Made by a program: the position numbers and the translations under genes. The notes beneath the pieces were generated by a model. It did not search any database and was not told the DNA's origin. It saw nothing but the letters and a program-made list of their open reading frames with translations. DNA of 64,000 nt from Planctomycetaceae bacterium SH139 (GTDB lineage: Bacteria; Planctomycetota; Planctomycetia; Pirellulales; Pirellulaceae): NCBI GenBank assembly GCA_052161645.1, contig CP197414.1. One strand, 5' to 3'. Numbering within the stretch: the first letter of the stretch is position 1; each line of letters begins with the position of its first letter. Positions 37,540-48,015 of this stretch are shown one piece after another.

Positions 37540-37742
37540 TCCGAATCAATTTGGGCGTGCAATCAATATTTTTTTGACTTTTTTCGCTCGCTGTGACCAA
37601 AGGTGTCCGACCGACCAATTACGCTCCCGGTCCCCTGACTGGCTAACCCCCTGAATGGTTTTTTAGAAAAGAAACAAATGGACACCATTTTGTTTTTTGC
37701 TAGCATTACCACAGGACGATACAAGAGTTCACAGGGGACCTT

Positions 37743-38726
37743 TTGTTGCTGTTCGTTTTTCAACTTGCACCGGGACCGACCACGATGGCGATCAACCAAC
37801 TGGAGTTATGGCCCAGCGAAGAAATAGCTGTTGAGGAAGTTGCCAGCGAACCCCCTGTTGCCAGCGAACCCCTGTCGGCTGCCGCCGAAGCGAGGCAATT
37901 AGTCGCCTCGCTGCGTCGTCAAGTGACTTCTTTGGAAACGGCCACGCGAGCCACTTCGGCAACTCAGATTTCTTGCGGTTGTGCCGTTTTGGATGCCATG
38001 TTGCCGGGAGGCGGCTTGGCTCCGGGCACACTTAACGAGTGGGTCGAGCAGGAGCCTGGCGGGGGCGGAGGTTGGCTTTCCCTGCTAGCCGCTCGCAGCG
38101 CTTTGCTGCCAACTACCTCATCCCTGGCAAACTCAAGCGTCTCCCTAGCCACAGGCCAGATGGTGATTCTGGACTTAGCTGGGACATTTTACCCGCCCGC
38201 GGCGGCAGCGGCCGGGATACCGACGGAACGGATGATTGTGGTCCGCCCAGCCAATCGAGCCGATGCTTTGTGGGCGGCCGATCAGGCGCTCCGCAATCCG
38301 GCGGTCACAGTTGTTTGGGGACACTTGGAGCGGCTCGATGATCGTGAAGCGCGACGGCTGCAGTTGGCGGCCGAACTGGGCAACACCTTGGGGCTTTGGT
38401 TGCGTCCTCGCGTGGCCTTAAACGAACCGAGTTGGGCGGAAGTTCGCTGGCATGTGCGGAGTCTGCCCGGCAATAAATTAACGGCGAATCACTTTTCCAG
38501 CGGGGGTGAAACGAGTTGGCCGCCGGTCACGATTCAGCGACGCCTGGAAGCTCGCTTAGTACGTTGTCGCGGCGGTCGTTCAGGAGCGAGCGTGGTTTTA
38601 GATATTGATTCTGGCGGGCGAGTTCATCATGCGTCGAACGATCAACAAACGGCTGCTTTGCCTTTGGTTGCCCAATTGGCCCGTCCAACGTCTGATCGCC
38701 AGCAACCGCAGCGACGACTCGCCTGA
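37743..38726 (+). CDS. imuA: ImuA-like RecA-fold protein of the ImuA-ImuB mutagenesis module
   Basis: ISCGCAVLDAMLPGGGLAPGTLNEW and ...MIVVRPANRADALWAADQALRNPAVTVVW resemble the degenerate RecA/SulA-like core of ImuA. Directly followed by imuB. Confidence 0.65.
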   Translation: MLLFVFQLAPGPTTMAINQLELWPSEEIAVEEVASEPPVASEPLSAAAEARQLVASLRRQVTSLETATRATSATQISCGCAVLDAMLPGGGLAPGTLNEWVEQEPGGGGGWLSLLAARSALLPTTSSLANSSVSLATGQMVILDLAGTFYPPAAAAAGIPTERMIVVRPANRADALWAADQALRNPAVTVVWGHLERLDDREARRLQLAAELGNTLGLWLRPRVALNEPSWAEVRWHVRSLPGNKLTANHFSSGGETSWPPVTIQRRLEARLVRCRGGRSGASVVLDIDSGGRVHHASNDQQTAALPLVAQLARPTSDRQQPQRRLA

Positions 38727-40440
38727 CAGACCGACCGTGCTGTGGGGAGCCGATCCACGTCGCGGCCGCCTCGTCGTTGCTCGCTGTCCGTTGGCGGCGG
38801 CTGTCGGTGTCCGCACTAACATGCCGCTCAGCCAAGCCGACTCGTTGCTCCGCGGTATCATGGCGGCGGAGATTTGCTTGGAGCCACATGACAGCCAAGC
38901 CGACATGGAAGCTTTGTACGATCTGGCCGAGCGGTGTGCTGAGCAATTCAGCCCGCTGATCGCGCTGGAGCCGCTCGATGATTTCCTGTGGGCCGGTCAA
39001 GTCCTGCATCAACCGCAAGCGTTATTGATGGATGTTACCGGGGTCAGCGCGTTGTTTGGTGGTGAGGATTGCTTGTTACGCGAGGTGACTGAGTTCGTCA
39101 ACAAATGCGGCTATCAACCACGGCTGGCAATCGCTGACACGGCCGCCGCGGCATGGGCAGTGGCGCATTACACACCACCCCAGATGCCATCACTATTCCA
39201 GCTGGAGGACTTTTTAGCCTGGTTGGTTCCCGCTGGCGAACAAGCCGCCGCGCTAGCCAACTTGCCGATCGCCGCCTTGAGAGTTCGCAGCGAGACGACC
39301 AAGCTGCTGCGGCGATTAGGCATTCATCACATCGAAGCGCTCCGGCGTCTTCCCCGCAGTGGCTTGGCCAGCCGGCTGGGGATCACGCTGCTGCAGCGGC
39401 TCGATCAAGCGCTGGGTGAAATCGATGAACCGCTCCCCATGCACCACGCGGCTGCCAGCAACCGCCTGACTACCGAACTGGAATATCCGACCGCGGATCA
39501 AGATATTTTGGGGCACCACTTAGAGCAGCTCATTGAGAAAATCGCTGACAGTTTAGCCAAACGGCAATACGGTGCGCTGCGGATCAGCTGTCGCTTGGAG
39601 CTGCAGGCCGCTCCGGCGGTAGAATTTCGCTTAGGGTTATTCACTCCGACCGCTGACGCGGAGCATCTGATGCGATTATTCCGCGGGCACCTGACACAGC
39701 AACGTTTGCCAGCCATGGCCCATCGCTTGACCGTCACCGTTACCATGTCGGGGCCATTGGGTGTGCGACAACCGACCCTTGACGGCATCGAAGCGGGCCC
39801 AGTCGGTTCGCTGGTGGAGTTAGCCCAATTAATCGATGCACTCAGCGGACGCTTGGGGCGAGAGCGCGTGCTGGGCATCGAAGCCACCCATAATCCACTC
39901 CCCGAAGCGGCCATACGCTTGCGTCCCCTGACCGGTCAACCGCCGGGAACAATCGTCCCGGGTCGCCCCCAGCCTCAACGCCGCAAACATGGCAAAGAAA
40001 ATAAACGTGACAACACAAACCGTCGTCGCCAAAGCATTCAACCACTCGAGCATTCACCCGAACATTCAATCGAGCATTCAACGCAACCAGGCGCGACGAC
40101 TGCCAGCCCGGGCGATCCTCTCCGCCGCCCGTTGAACTTATTGCCACATCCCCAACGCATTCATCCGCTGGACTCTGGCAACCTCAACCGCGAGATCGCA
40201 TCTCAACCCGACCAACAACCGGCACCCTATCAGCAGCAACCACCTGAGAAATTTCGCTTGGCCGGCAGAACGTATCAATTGGCGCGCTACTGGGGGCCGG
40301 AGCGGTTGGAGACAGGCTGGTGGCACGGCCCGCTGCACCGCCGCGATTACTATCGATTGGAAACGGTCGATGGAAGATGGTTATGGATTTATCGTGATTT
40401 GCGAAGCCATAGTTGGTTCCTGCACGGCTACTTCGCCTGA
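38605..40440 (+). CDS. imuB: ImuB, catalytically inactive Y-family polymerase-like protein. Probable start MRRTINKR at nt 38629 (overlaps the imuA 3' end).
   Basis: N-terminal LLCLWLPNWPVQRL, the hallmark ImuB start (WLcLhfPxLpl). UmuC-like fold length with a C-terminal extension. Lacks the conserved acidic catalytic residues at the usual positions, by eye. Confidence 0.75.
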   Translation: MILAGEFIMRRTINKRLLCLWLPNWPVQRLIASNRSDDSPDRPTVLWGADPRRGRLVVARCPLAAAVGVRTNMPLSQADSLLRGIMAAEICLEPHDSQADMEALYDLAERCAEQFSPLIALEPLDDFLWAGQVLHQPQALLMDVTGVSALFGGEDCLLREVTEFVNKCGYQPRLAIADTAAAAWAVAHYTPPQMPSLFQLEDFLAWLVPAGEQAAALANLPIAALRVRSETTKLLRRLGIHHIEALRRLPRSGLASRLGITLLQRLDQALGEIDEPLPMHHAAASNRLTTELEYPTADQDILGHHLEQLIEKIADSLAKRQYGALRISCRLELQAAPAVEFRLGLFTPTADAEHLMRLFRGHLTQQRLPAMAHRLTVTVTMSGPLGVRQPTLDGIEAGPVGSLVELAQLIDALSGRLGRERVLGIEATHNPLPEAAIRLRPLTGQPPGTIVPGRPQPQRRKHGKENKRDNTNRRRQSIQPLEHSPEHSIEHSTQPGATTASPGDPLRRPLNLLPHPQRIHPLDSGNLNREIASQPDQQPAPYQQQPPEKFRLAGRTYQLARYWGPERLETGWWHGPLHRRDYYRLETVDGRWLWIYRDLRSHSWFLHGYFA

Positions 40441-40565
40441 CACAAAACCGCGAACGGTTGTCTGGGGGTTAGCCGTTTGGGCGCTAGCCCCGGTTCTCGT
40501 CTTGAACGAACTACCGCCGCGCAAACAAACGGTGGCTAGCGCCAAAACCGCTAACAAGGGAAACG

Positions 40566-40982
40566 CTACGACTGTTCACCTGGATGCTTGACAACTTCTG
40601 CAATCGCTTCGTATTGACGTTCACGCAGCACACCCAGTTGGGCCCGCAAACGTTCGATCGTCTCATCGAGCACTTCGCGCCGCACGGCGCCCGCTTCGAC
40701 TAAAATGTCTTCCAAGGGGGGCATCGTCTCTAGTTGTGAAATGATCAATTCGCTGAGCTGCTCACGTTCCAAATAGCCGAGTTCGACGGCTAGGTGGCCA
40801 AACGGTTCGTTGTGCTCACTTTGATGAGCCAACACGTCAAAGACCTCCGCCATCGTCATCATGCCGTGCTCGACGGCAATCTGTCCCAACGGGCGACGGC
40901 ATCGCATTTGATGCCTGAGCGCCGAGACAAACGCTTGAGGACTGATCTGACCATCGTCGATCAAATCGAATGCAAACCACAT
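40566..40982 (-). CDS. Hypothetical protein (138 aa)
   Basis: ORF with plausible composition, convergent to imuB. No recognisable motif. Confidence 0.4.
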   Translation of the reverse strand: MWFAFDLIDDGQISPQAFVSALRHQMRCRRPLGQIAVEHGMMTMAEVFDVLAHQSEHNEPFGHLAVELGYLEREQLSELIISQLETMPPLEDILVEAGAVRREVLDETIERLRAQLGVLRERQYEAIAEVVKHPGEQS

Positions 40983-41150
40983 GATAAACCGAGCGCAAGA
41001 GGGAAATGTGGCAAATTTCGAGTCAGCTGAATTCTACGTTATTTTCCCCAACTCGGCCAACGAATATGAGTAATTCTACTCAGCTCCGCTGACCGGGCAT
41101 GGTTACCTAGCAGGCTATGCCGAAACCGCCCTAGCGAGTTCTTGCTTGCT

Positions 41151-43367
41151 CTAATGCGTCCGCATTTCGCAACTGGCGCCACCGGCAGCCGGCAAGTAGC
41201 CTTCCATTGTATAGTCGACGACCATGCGATGGCTGCTGAACCGCCAAGCCAGGGTGCTGATGGAGTTCATCATGTGCTTGATCCAGCGGCGGGGGACCCC
41301 ATCGTCATCATGCTCATAGAACATTGGAATAACTTCGTTTTCCAAGGTTTCATACAGCGCCAAAGCATCTCGCTGGTCGGTGATCTCATCGTTGTTATGG
41401 CTGCGACCATTACCGATAGCAAAGCCATTTCCGCCGTTATAAGCTTCGGCCCACCAGCCATCGAGAATACTGCAATTCAGTCCACCGTTGAGCACGACCT
41501 TTTGGCCGCTGGTGCCGCTCGCTTCCAAGGGGCGACGCGGATTATTCAACCACACGTCAACACCTTGGATTAAGTGGCGGCAGACGTTAATGTCATAATC
41601 TTCCACGAAGGCCACGCGGCCAGCGAAGCGGGAATCGTGACGCAGGTTGGCAATCTCTTGAATGAATCGTTTCCCCGGTTCATCCTTGGGATGAGACTTG
41701 CCAGCGTAAATTAATTGCACCGGGCGGGTCGTGCTGGACAACATCGCCGAGATTCGATCAAGATCGCTGAACAACAAATTGGCCCGTTTATAGGTGGCAA
41801 AGCGTCGGCCAAATCCGATCGTCAGCACTTGGGGATCCAGCACGTTCCGAGCCGCTTCGATCACGCTATCACTCTCACCACGGCGACGGCATTGGCGGGA
41901 GACGCGACGACGCACGAAAGCCAACAACAAGTTTTTCAGCGCGTTGTGCGTTTCCCAAAGTTCGCCTGGATCGACATCATGGATCGCTTGCCAAACCTCA
42001 GGTTGTCCCATCCGATCTTTCCAGCCCGCAGGAAAGTGTTTGTCATAAAGCTGTGCCATCTGACCGGCCAGCCAGCTGGGAATGTGCACGCCGTTGGTGA
42101 TGTGCCCAATCGGAATCTCATCTTCATTGCGTTCGGGCCAAAGAGCGGCCCACATCCGTCGCGAGATCACGCCATGCAAATTGCTGACCGCGTTCGCTCG
42201 ACGGCTCAGCTTCATCCCAATCACCGTCATGCAAAACGGCTCTTGCATGTTATCGGGATCGACGCGTCCCAAGCCGAGCAGCTGCTCATGACTGATGCCC
42301 AATTGGTCGCGTAGCGGACCGAGGTGTTCTTCGACGAGCTCAGCGGGGAAACGATCGTGGCCAGCCGGAACGGGAGTATGCGTTGTGAAAACCGTGTTTC
42401 GCGCCGTCTCATGAACCGCTTCCTCATAAGTCCGACCATCCTCTTGCATGCGTTGCCGAACGACTTCCAGCGAGCCGAAGGCGGAGTGTCCTTCGTTGAG
42501 GTGATACACACCCGGCTGAATTCCAGCCGCGTGCAATGCCCGCACCCCGCCCACGCCGAGCACTAATTCTTGACGAATTCGCGTCCGCTGGTCACCACCA
42601 TACAGACGGCTGGTCAGCTCACGATCCTCCGGCTTGTTCTGCTCGACATTGCAATCCAACAAATACAGCCGCACGCGACCAACGTGCATCAACCAGACCT
42701 TGGCAGCCAATTCGCCATCGCGAGTTTGAATGCTAACTTCGATCGGTTCACCATTGCTGCCGATGGCTGGCTCGATCGGCAAATTGTCGATCTTCGTCTC
42801 GAAGTAGTCTTCCCGCTGGTAACCCTCTTCATCAAGGTACTGACGAAAGTACCCGTGCGAGTAGTACAAACCGATCGCGACCAGTGGCACACCCAGCCCC
42901 GAAGCGCTTTTGATATGGTCACCTGCCAAGACGCCCAAACCACCCGAATAAATCGGAATCGATTCGTGAATGCCAAATTCAGCGGAGAAGTAAGCGACGG
43001 GGTGCGCGCCCAGCACACCGGCCGTGCCGGAGGACCAAGTGTTGGTCTCTTCGAGGTATTCCTGCAAGCGACGGTGGGCATAGTTGATGCGACTGTGCAG
43101 CACCATCTCATTCGCTCGCAATGCCAAACGCTCGGGGGTGAACTCCCGCAGCAAAGCGATCGGATTGTGGTCTAACTGTCGCCATCGAATCGGATCAATA
43201 TCGCGAAACAGCTGGTCGCATTCCGGATGCCAGGACCACCACAAGTTGCGAGCGAGTGACCACAATTTCTTGTACAGATCACGCCCCTCGGGGGTCAAAT
43301 TCTCCAACGGAGCTTCACTGGAGTGTCCTTCAACGGCAACCGGTGTTTGGATGGTGCTCATGGCCAA
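41151..43367 (-). CDS. glgP: Alpha-glucan (glycogen/maltodextrin) phosphorylase, GT35, short bacterial form
   Basis: 738 aa. IYSGGLGVLAGDHIKSASGLGVPLVAIGLYY. PLP-lysine region (...TYKRANLLF...) and overall colinearity. Confidence 0.85.
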   Translation of the reverse strand: MAMSTIQTPVAVEGHSSEAPLENLTPEGRDLYKKLWSLARNLWWSWHPECDQLFRDIDPIRWRQLDHNPIALLREFTPERLALRANEMVLHSRINYAHRRLQEYLEETNTWSSGTAGVLGAHPVAYFSAEFGIHESIPIYSGGLGVLAGDHIKSASGLGVPLVAIGLYYSHGYFRQYLDEEGYQREDYFETKIDNLPIEPAIGSNGEPIEVSIQTRDGELAAKVWLMHVGRVRLYLLDCNVEQNKPEDRELTSRLYGGDQRTRIRQELVLGVGGVRALHAAGIQPGVYHLNEGHSAFGSLEVVRQRMQEDGRTYEEAVHETARNTVFTTHTPVPAGHDRFPAELVEEHLGPLRDQLGISHEQLLGLGRVDPDNMQEPFCMTVIGMKLSRRANAVSNLHGVISRRMWAALWPERNEDEIPIGHITNGVHIPSWLAGQMAQLYDKHFPAGWKDRMGQPEVWQAIHDVDPGELWETHNALKNLLLAFVRRRVSRQCRRRGESDSVIEAARNVLDPQVLTIGFGRRFATYKRANLLFSDLDRISAMLSSTTRPVQLIYAGKSHPKDEPGKRFIQEIANLRHDSRFAGRVAFVEDYDINVCRHLIQGVDVWLNNPRRPLEASGTSGQKVVLNGGLNCSILDGWWAEAYNGGNGFAIGNGRSHNNDEITDQRDALALYETLENEVIPMFYEHDDDGVPRRWIKHMMNSISTLAWRFSSHRMVVDYTMEGYLPAAGGASCEMRTH

Positions 43368-43481
43368 CGTGTATCCTGATAGGGTGCGAACAAACGGTTG
43401 TTAACCCGAGTTATAGTCCTTCTAACTGAGCCGCAATAGTTTGCCAGCCCAGATTGTCTCAATCTCAATCAAAGTTTCCTA

Positions 43482-44567
43482 ATGCATATATCGTCATTTG
43501 TCGACCGTCTCGACAGCCCAGCACTCAAGGGGCTCCGCAAAGATTTGGCCAAACTGGCTCCCTCGCTGGAAAAACCGGGAGCCTGGCCGGCTGAACAACT
43601 GGAATTATGTGCCCGTGCCGGCGTCTATCGTTGGTTTATGCCTGCGGAGTCTGGGGGGCTTGGGTGGAATGAAGAAGAAAAGACTCGCGGCTATTTGCTG
43701 CTCGCCCGCTCCTGCCTGACGACAACATTTGTGATCACTCAGTTGATGGGAGCTATCCGCCGAGTAGCGGGAAGTCCAAACGTCGCGTTGGCGGCGGAGT
43801 GGCTCCAGCCGTTGCTCTCCGGGGAGCGTTTTGCCACCGTCGGCATTAGCCATCTGACCACCAGCCGACAACACTTGGGCCGTCCAGCGTTGCGGGCCGC
43901 ACAAGATCGCGATCATTTTGTGCTCGATGGCTACTGCCCGTGGGTGACGGGGGGGGCCGAGGCCGATGGGCTGGTCGTGGGAGCCACGCTCGACGACGGT
44001 CGCGAACTGCTGGCGATGGTTCCCACCGGTACCCCCGGGGTGAAGCCATTCCCTGGAGCCTCGCTGCTGGCTCTGTCGGCTTCCCGCACCGATCGGGTCG
44101 AATTTGAACGGGTGATAGTAACTCCAGAAATGATGGTCGCCGGACCAATCAACGATGTGATGGCGGCCGGGCAGGGGGCTGGAACGGGCGGACTGCAAAC
44201 GTCAACATTGGCGATTGGACTATGCGGAGCAGCACTCGACTTCTTGCGAGAAGAAGCCACGCGGCGCGGCGATCTGACCCTGGTGGCCGAAAGTTTGGAA
44301 CAACAGGTTATGGGCTTGGAAACTGAGCTAATGGAATTTGCGGCGGGCCGCCCCAGTTGTAATCCCGCCGATCTCCGCGGCCGCGCAAACCGACTGGTGC
44401 TGCGCGTCACGCAAGCCGCTTTGACCGCCTCGAAAGGGGCTGGATTTGTCAGTGGACATCCGGCAGGACGTTGGTGCCGCGAAGCGATGTTCTTTCTCGT
44501 TTGGAGCTGTCCGCAACCGGTCAGCCAAGCGCATCTCTGCGAGTTGGCCGGCCTACCGGTGGACTGA
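43482..44567 (+). CDS. Acyl-CoA dehydrogenase-like family protein
   Basis: 361 aa with ACAD-like N-terminal helical, middle beta (DHFVLDGYCPWVTGG) and C-terminal helical segments. Tentative. Confidence 0.55.
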   Translation: MHISSFVDRLDSPALKGLRKDLAKLAPSLEKPGAWPAEQLELCARAGVYRWFMPAESGGLGWNEEEKTRGYLLLARSCLTTTFVITQLMGAIRRVAGSPNVALAAEWLQPLLSGERFATVGISHLTTSRQHLGRPALRAAQDRDHFVLDGYCPWVTGGAEADGLVVGATLDDGRELLAMVPTGTPGVKPFPGASLLALSASRTDRVEFERVIVTPEMMVAGPINDVMAAGQGAGTGGLQTSTLAIGLCGAALDFLREEATRRGDLTLVAESLEQQVMGLETELMEFAAGRPSCNPADLRGRANRLVLRVTQAALTASKGAGFVSGHPAGRWCREAMFFLVWSCPQPVSQAHLCELAGLPVD

Positions 44568-47348
44568 TTGCTGCCTCTGCTTCGCAGCTATTGCGCCTGA
44601 CCGTGTCGAGTCAGCGGGACAAATTGCGAAACAGATCCAACCATCGGTTAACTGCAACATGCCGACGGTTAACCCGGCCGCATCAGGATGGGCAGCCAAT
44701 GACTTTGCTACCAAAGGCAATTGACGATCTTTGTTTAAGACTTTATTAAAAATTGCCCTGACCGGAATCCGCTCACGCATGCCCAACCGCGGTCCATCGA
44801 TCCGCAACACACCCTCACGCTGCAAGCTAGTTTGCAAACCGTCGATCACCGGTCGATACGCAACCCGCACGACAAAGTGACTGAGGTTTAAATCACGCTC
44901 ATCGGTCAAACGCACAACCCGCAACGTCAGCCACAGTCGATCCTCTTCAATCTCCACCGTGATCGGCCGCGTGTTGGCAAACTGAATCTTGACGTTAGGC
45001 GGCAAGTCGACATCCAACGCGGGAACCTCGGCACCAAACATCTCCATCAACTGTGCGTAGATCTCAGTTAATGCTTGAGGTTCGCCGGCGGGTGCCAACC
45101 TTTCAAATGTATTGTTCAATGTTGACTGGTGAACTTGGATGCTCAACAGGCTGTTGCTCAGGGCGCGTGGCCGGGGCGTGAAGGCGGCCATCTGCCAATT
45201 GCCAGCCACACGATAACGGGCCACCAAACGCGACTCGGTGGTCTGCAAATCGACAACCAGGGGACTGAGTCGCAACCTCCCCAGCGGTCCCAGCAAACGC
45301 TCACTGAGTTCACTCGACGCGCGATCGATCTCTTGGTTGATCTCAGCCGATACGGTGGTCTCGATCTCATCCCGCACAAGCTGCTCCGATTGCCGCCGGG
45401 CCGCTGCTGCGCGGTCGCGATACTGCGAAAGGGCAATCCCGCGGACCAACGACTCGATTACGGGAAAACCATCAAAATCGGTTCGCATTCCGCGCATCTT
45501 CACATGCGAGTTAACTGCGGCAGCGGTTTCTCCGATTTCGACGCCAGCTCGATTGACTCGCAGTTCCGTCGCCGCGTTGAAATTTGACAACGAACGATTG
45601 GCGATTTGCACCGGCCAGCGGCTGGAATCGGTGGAGCCATGAATCGCTCCCTGCGTGAACAGATTTAAATGCCACGCGCCCATGTTGGGCAGCAACTGAA
45701 AAGCGAGTTGACTGTGGACGACGCCGGTACCACGAACGGGCACTCCGACGATGGTTTGCCGAATGGGCGTGGTGCGAGCGGGTATCTCGGGCAACAACCG
45801 TTCCATGAAACTGGCCGAGACTGCCAGCCGCAAATTTCCGTTGCGATAGTAGTCATTAATGGCCTCAGCCACCGCGACCGCTGGCGGATGCTCTGAGAAC
45901 CGCAATGACTGGACTGTCGCGGCGACTTCGATCTTGCCTAAATCGAGCGAGTCTGATTCGAGACGTTCGAGCTGACGCAGCAACATCGCATAGTCGATGG
46001 GCGAGTCGGCCCAGGGACGAATATCACGGACCAAGCGATGCACGCTAGAATCATCCAGCCAACTGACTTGCTCTTCGCTGAGGCCTTCCCATTCGATCCG
46101 TGAAAGCAACCGCTGGGCCAAGATGCGTCGCGGCTCGACATCTGCTCGTTGATCGTGAAGGACGATTTCGTCGAGCATTAAATAGCGATTCCAGCCTTCA
46201 AAATCCCCCGTCTCGCGACAGCGGGCCAGCAACTCGTCAGCGGTCGCCGCCAGCGCCGGGGTCTCGCGATTTCGCAGCCCCACGGTCCGCCAATGACTGG
46301 TCGTATCACCCACGTTCCAAATCGCCTGCCAAACCGCGGTGCGGCGTAGCAATGCGTGCGAAGCCCGTAACACTAGTTGTTGCAACTCGCGCTGCTCCCT
46401 CCGCGCTTCCCCGTCAGCCAGGCCAGCCATTGCCAATTGCCGCAGTGATTCAATCAGTGCACCCGCTTGAGGTGCTTGCAGGGAGGGCAAGGATTGCAGT
46501 TCCGCCAATTGCTGACGGACACTCGAAATCCAAGGTTGCAGGCTCGCCAGCTCCTCGCGCTCCGACAACTGCGACAAGGTCGCGCTGAGCCGGGGAGTCT
46601 CGGGCCAGGCCATGCCATGCGGGCCCACCTCCAAGCTGCGGCGGTCGGTCGCCGAGTTGTCGGTGGAATGCTCAGCATCGAGTTGCGAGTCAGTTTGGCC
46701 CGCGTGCTCACGCTGGCGATCACTGACTGCAGCCGGGTCGTCAGAAAGGAACAGGCTCTCGCCAGCGGAGAACAACGTCGCCTGGGGCGCGGACCCGAGC
46801 GGATCACCCGCTTCGGCACGCTCGCGATCAGCAACGTTGCCGCGATCTCCCGGACGGAAATTAACGGCTGTCGCTCGCGTTGAACTCACGCCAAAAACAT
46901 CATCATCCGCAAACCCATTTGCGGCGAATCCGCTCCCTGCCAATTCAGTTTGACGGTCTGGCACCGGGGCCAGCAAAGTTGCCTGCGCCAGCGGCTCTCC
47001 GGCCGGTCGCGGCAAAATATCGGACGGGCAGAGGGCATCGACTTGCGAGTCAGTAGCCGTTGCTTGCGGGTTCCGAATGGCCCAGCGGAGATAATATTGC
47101 GGATCAATCGACTGCGGGTCTAGCTGGGCGTTTGCCCGACCACTGGAATCGAGCGTCCGGGGCGGCGCGTAATCTCGCTGCGAATCGGCGCGGCGAGCGG
47201 CGTCCTGCCCCGCATTTAGCCCCTGGACGCCGGCGAGTTGCAACCCCAGAAAACTACGCAAACGGGGCGCGCCGATCAGCACGAGGATCACGGCGCTGAC
47301 GGCCAGTGCTGGCCAAAACAAAATCCTTGCGTTGCGTTTCCGTCGCAT
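44553..47348 (-). CDS. Large hypothetical membrane-anchored/secreted protein (931 aa)
   Basis: N-terminal TM/signal anchor (ILFWPALAVSAVILVLIGA). Long uninterrupted ORF with no competing long ORF. No recognised domain. Confidence 0.55.
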   Translation of the reverse strand: MRRKRNARILFWPALAVSAVILVLIGAPRLRSFLGLQLAGVQGLNAGQDAARRADSQRDYAPPRTLDSSGRANAQLDPQSIDPQYYLRWAIRNPQATATDSQVDALCPSDILPRPAGEPLAQATLLAPVPDRQTELAGSGFAANGFADDDVFGVSSTRATAVNFRPGDRGNVADRERAEAGDPLGSAPQATLFSAGESLFLSDDPAAVSDRQREHAGQTDSQLDAEHSTDNSATDRRSLEVGPHGMAWPETPRLSATLSQLSEREELASLQPWISSVRQQLAELQSLPSLQAPQAGALIESLRQLAMAGLADGEARREQRELQQLVLRASHALLRRTAVWQAIWNVGDTTSHWRTVGLRNRETPALAATADELLARCRETGDFEGWNRYLMLDEIVLHDQRADVEPRRILAQRLLSRIEWEGLSEEQVSWLDDSSVHRLVRDIRPWADSPIDYAMLLRQLERLESDSLDLGKIEVAATVQSLRFSEHPPAVAVAEAINDYYRNGNLRLAVSASFMERLLPEIPARTTPIRQTIVGVPVRGTGVVHSQLAFQLLPNMGAWHLNLFTQGAIHGSTDSSRWPVQIANRSLSNFNAATELRVNRAGVEIGETAAAVNSHVKMRGMRTDFDGFPVIESLVRGIALSQYRDRAAAARRQSEQLVRDEIETTVSAEINQEIDRASSELSERLLGPLGRLRLSPLVVDLQTTESRLVARYRVAGNWQMAAFTPRPRALSNSLLSIQVHQSTLNNTFERLAPAGEPQALTEIYAQLMEMFGAEVPALDVDLPPNVKIQFANTRPITVEIEEDRLWLTLRVVRLTDERDLNLSHFVVRVAYRPVIDGLQTSLQREGVLRIDGPRLGMRERIPVRAIFNKVLNKDRQLPLVAKSLAAHPDAAGLTVGMLQLTDGWICFAICPADSTRSGAIAAKQRQQSVHR

Positions 47349-47544
47349 GTCCGACGATCCTTCCTGGGAGTCGAAGAGCTTACTTCGATGGCTTTACCGC
47401 CCCGCCCACGACGGCACACCACCAGGCATTTTTTTCGGCCTCACCCTCCAGACACGTCCAGTGGATCTTGGCCGATGCGCGCATTCGCTACGGTCGCTAC
47501 AATTTGCCAAGCAGGAACGTGAAAAATCGAGGTTGCCCTAGTTC

Positions 47545-48015
47545 TTACTGCCCTGCCTGCGTCTCCACCAAGACGGTATCCTCGTGTTCGTAGCCGGGAG
47601 CGCAGCAACAAATTAACCGCAAGGTCTCGCTGCCCGTGTTGGTTATTTGATGCACCGCGCCGGGAGGAATCGCAATCGCATCCCCAGGTCCGACCGCGCG
47701 GCGCTCTTGGTCGATCATCATTTCCCCCTCACCGACTAGAATGAAGTAGATTTCCTCCGTTTGAGGATGATAGTGGGGCGTGGTGGTCAGCCCCGGTCCG
47801 ATACGTGCTTCGGCCAACGATTGGTTACGGATCGCCGAATTGCGGTGAGCCAATAATTCGCGAATTTCCGAGCCGTCTTTAGTGATGAACGGCGTCGCTT
47901 TTTCTAGATTTTGAATGTCCATATGTCTCTGCGCGTAATGTTGATGGCCGGATCGATGGAAGCGGGGGGCAGCGAACAACAAACGCTGTTGCTGCTGCAG
48001 CATCTTAACCGCCAA
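47545..48015 (-). CDS. Cupin-domain protein (true start probably MDIQNLE at ~47922)
   Basis: Cupin motifs GPGLTTTPHYHPQTEEIYFILVGEG and PGDAIAIPPGAVHQITNTG. Confidence 0.7.
   Translation of the reverse strand: MAVKMLQQQQRLLFAAPRFHRSGHQHYAQRHMDIQNLEKATPFITKDGSEIRELLAHRNSAIRNQSLAEARIGPGLTTTPHYHPQTEEIYFILVGEGEMMIDQERRAVGPGDAIAIPPGAVHQITNTGSETLRLICCCAPGYEHEDTVLVETQAGQ

Noticed and set aside
37540-37742. LexA/SOS box upstream of imuA
   Set aside because: I looked for CTGT-N8-ACAG, GAAC-N4-GTTC and GTTC-N7-GTTC. Only loose partial matches (e.g. gttgctgttcg) appeared, insufficient to call a site.
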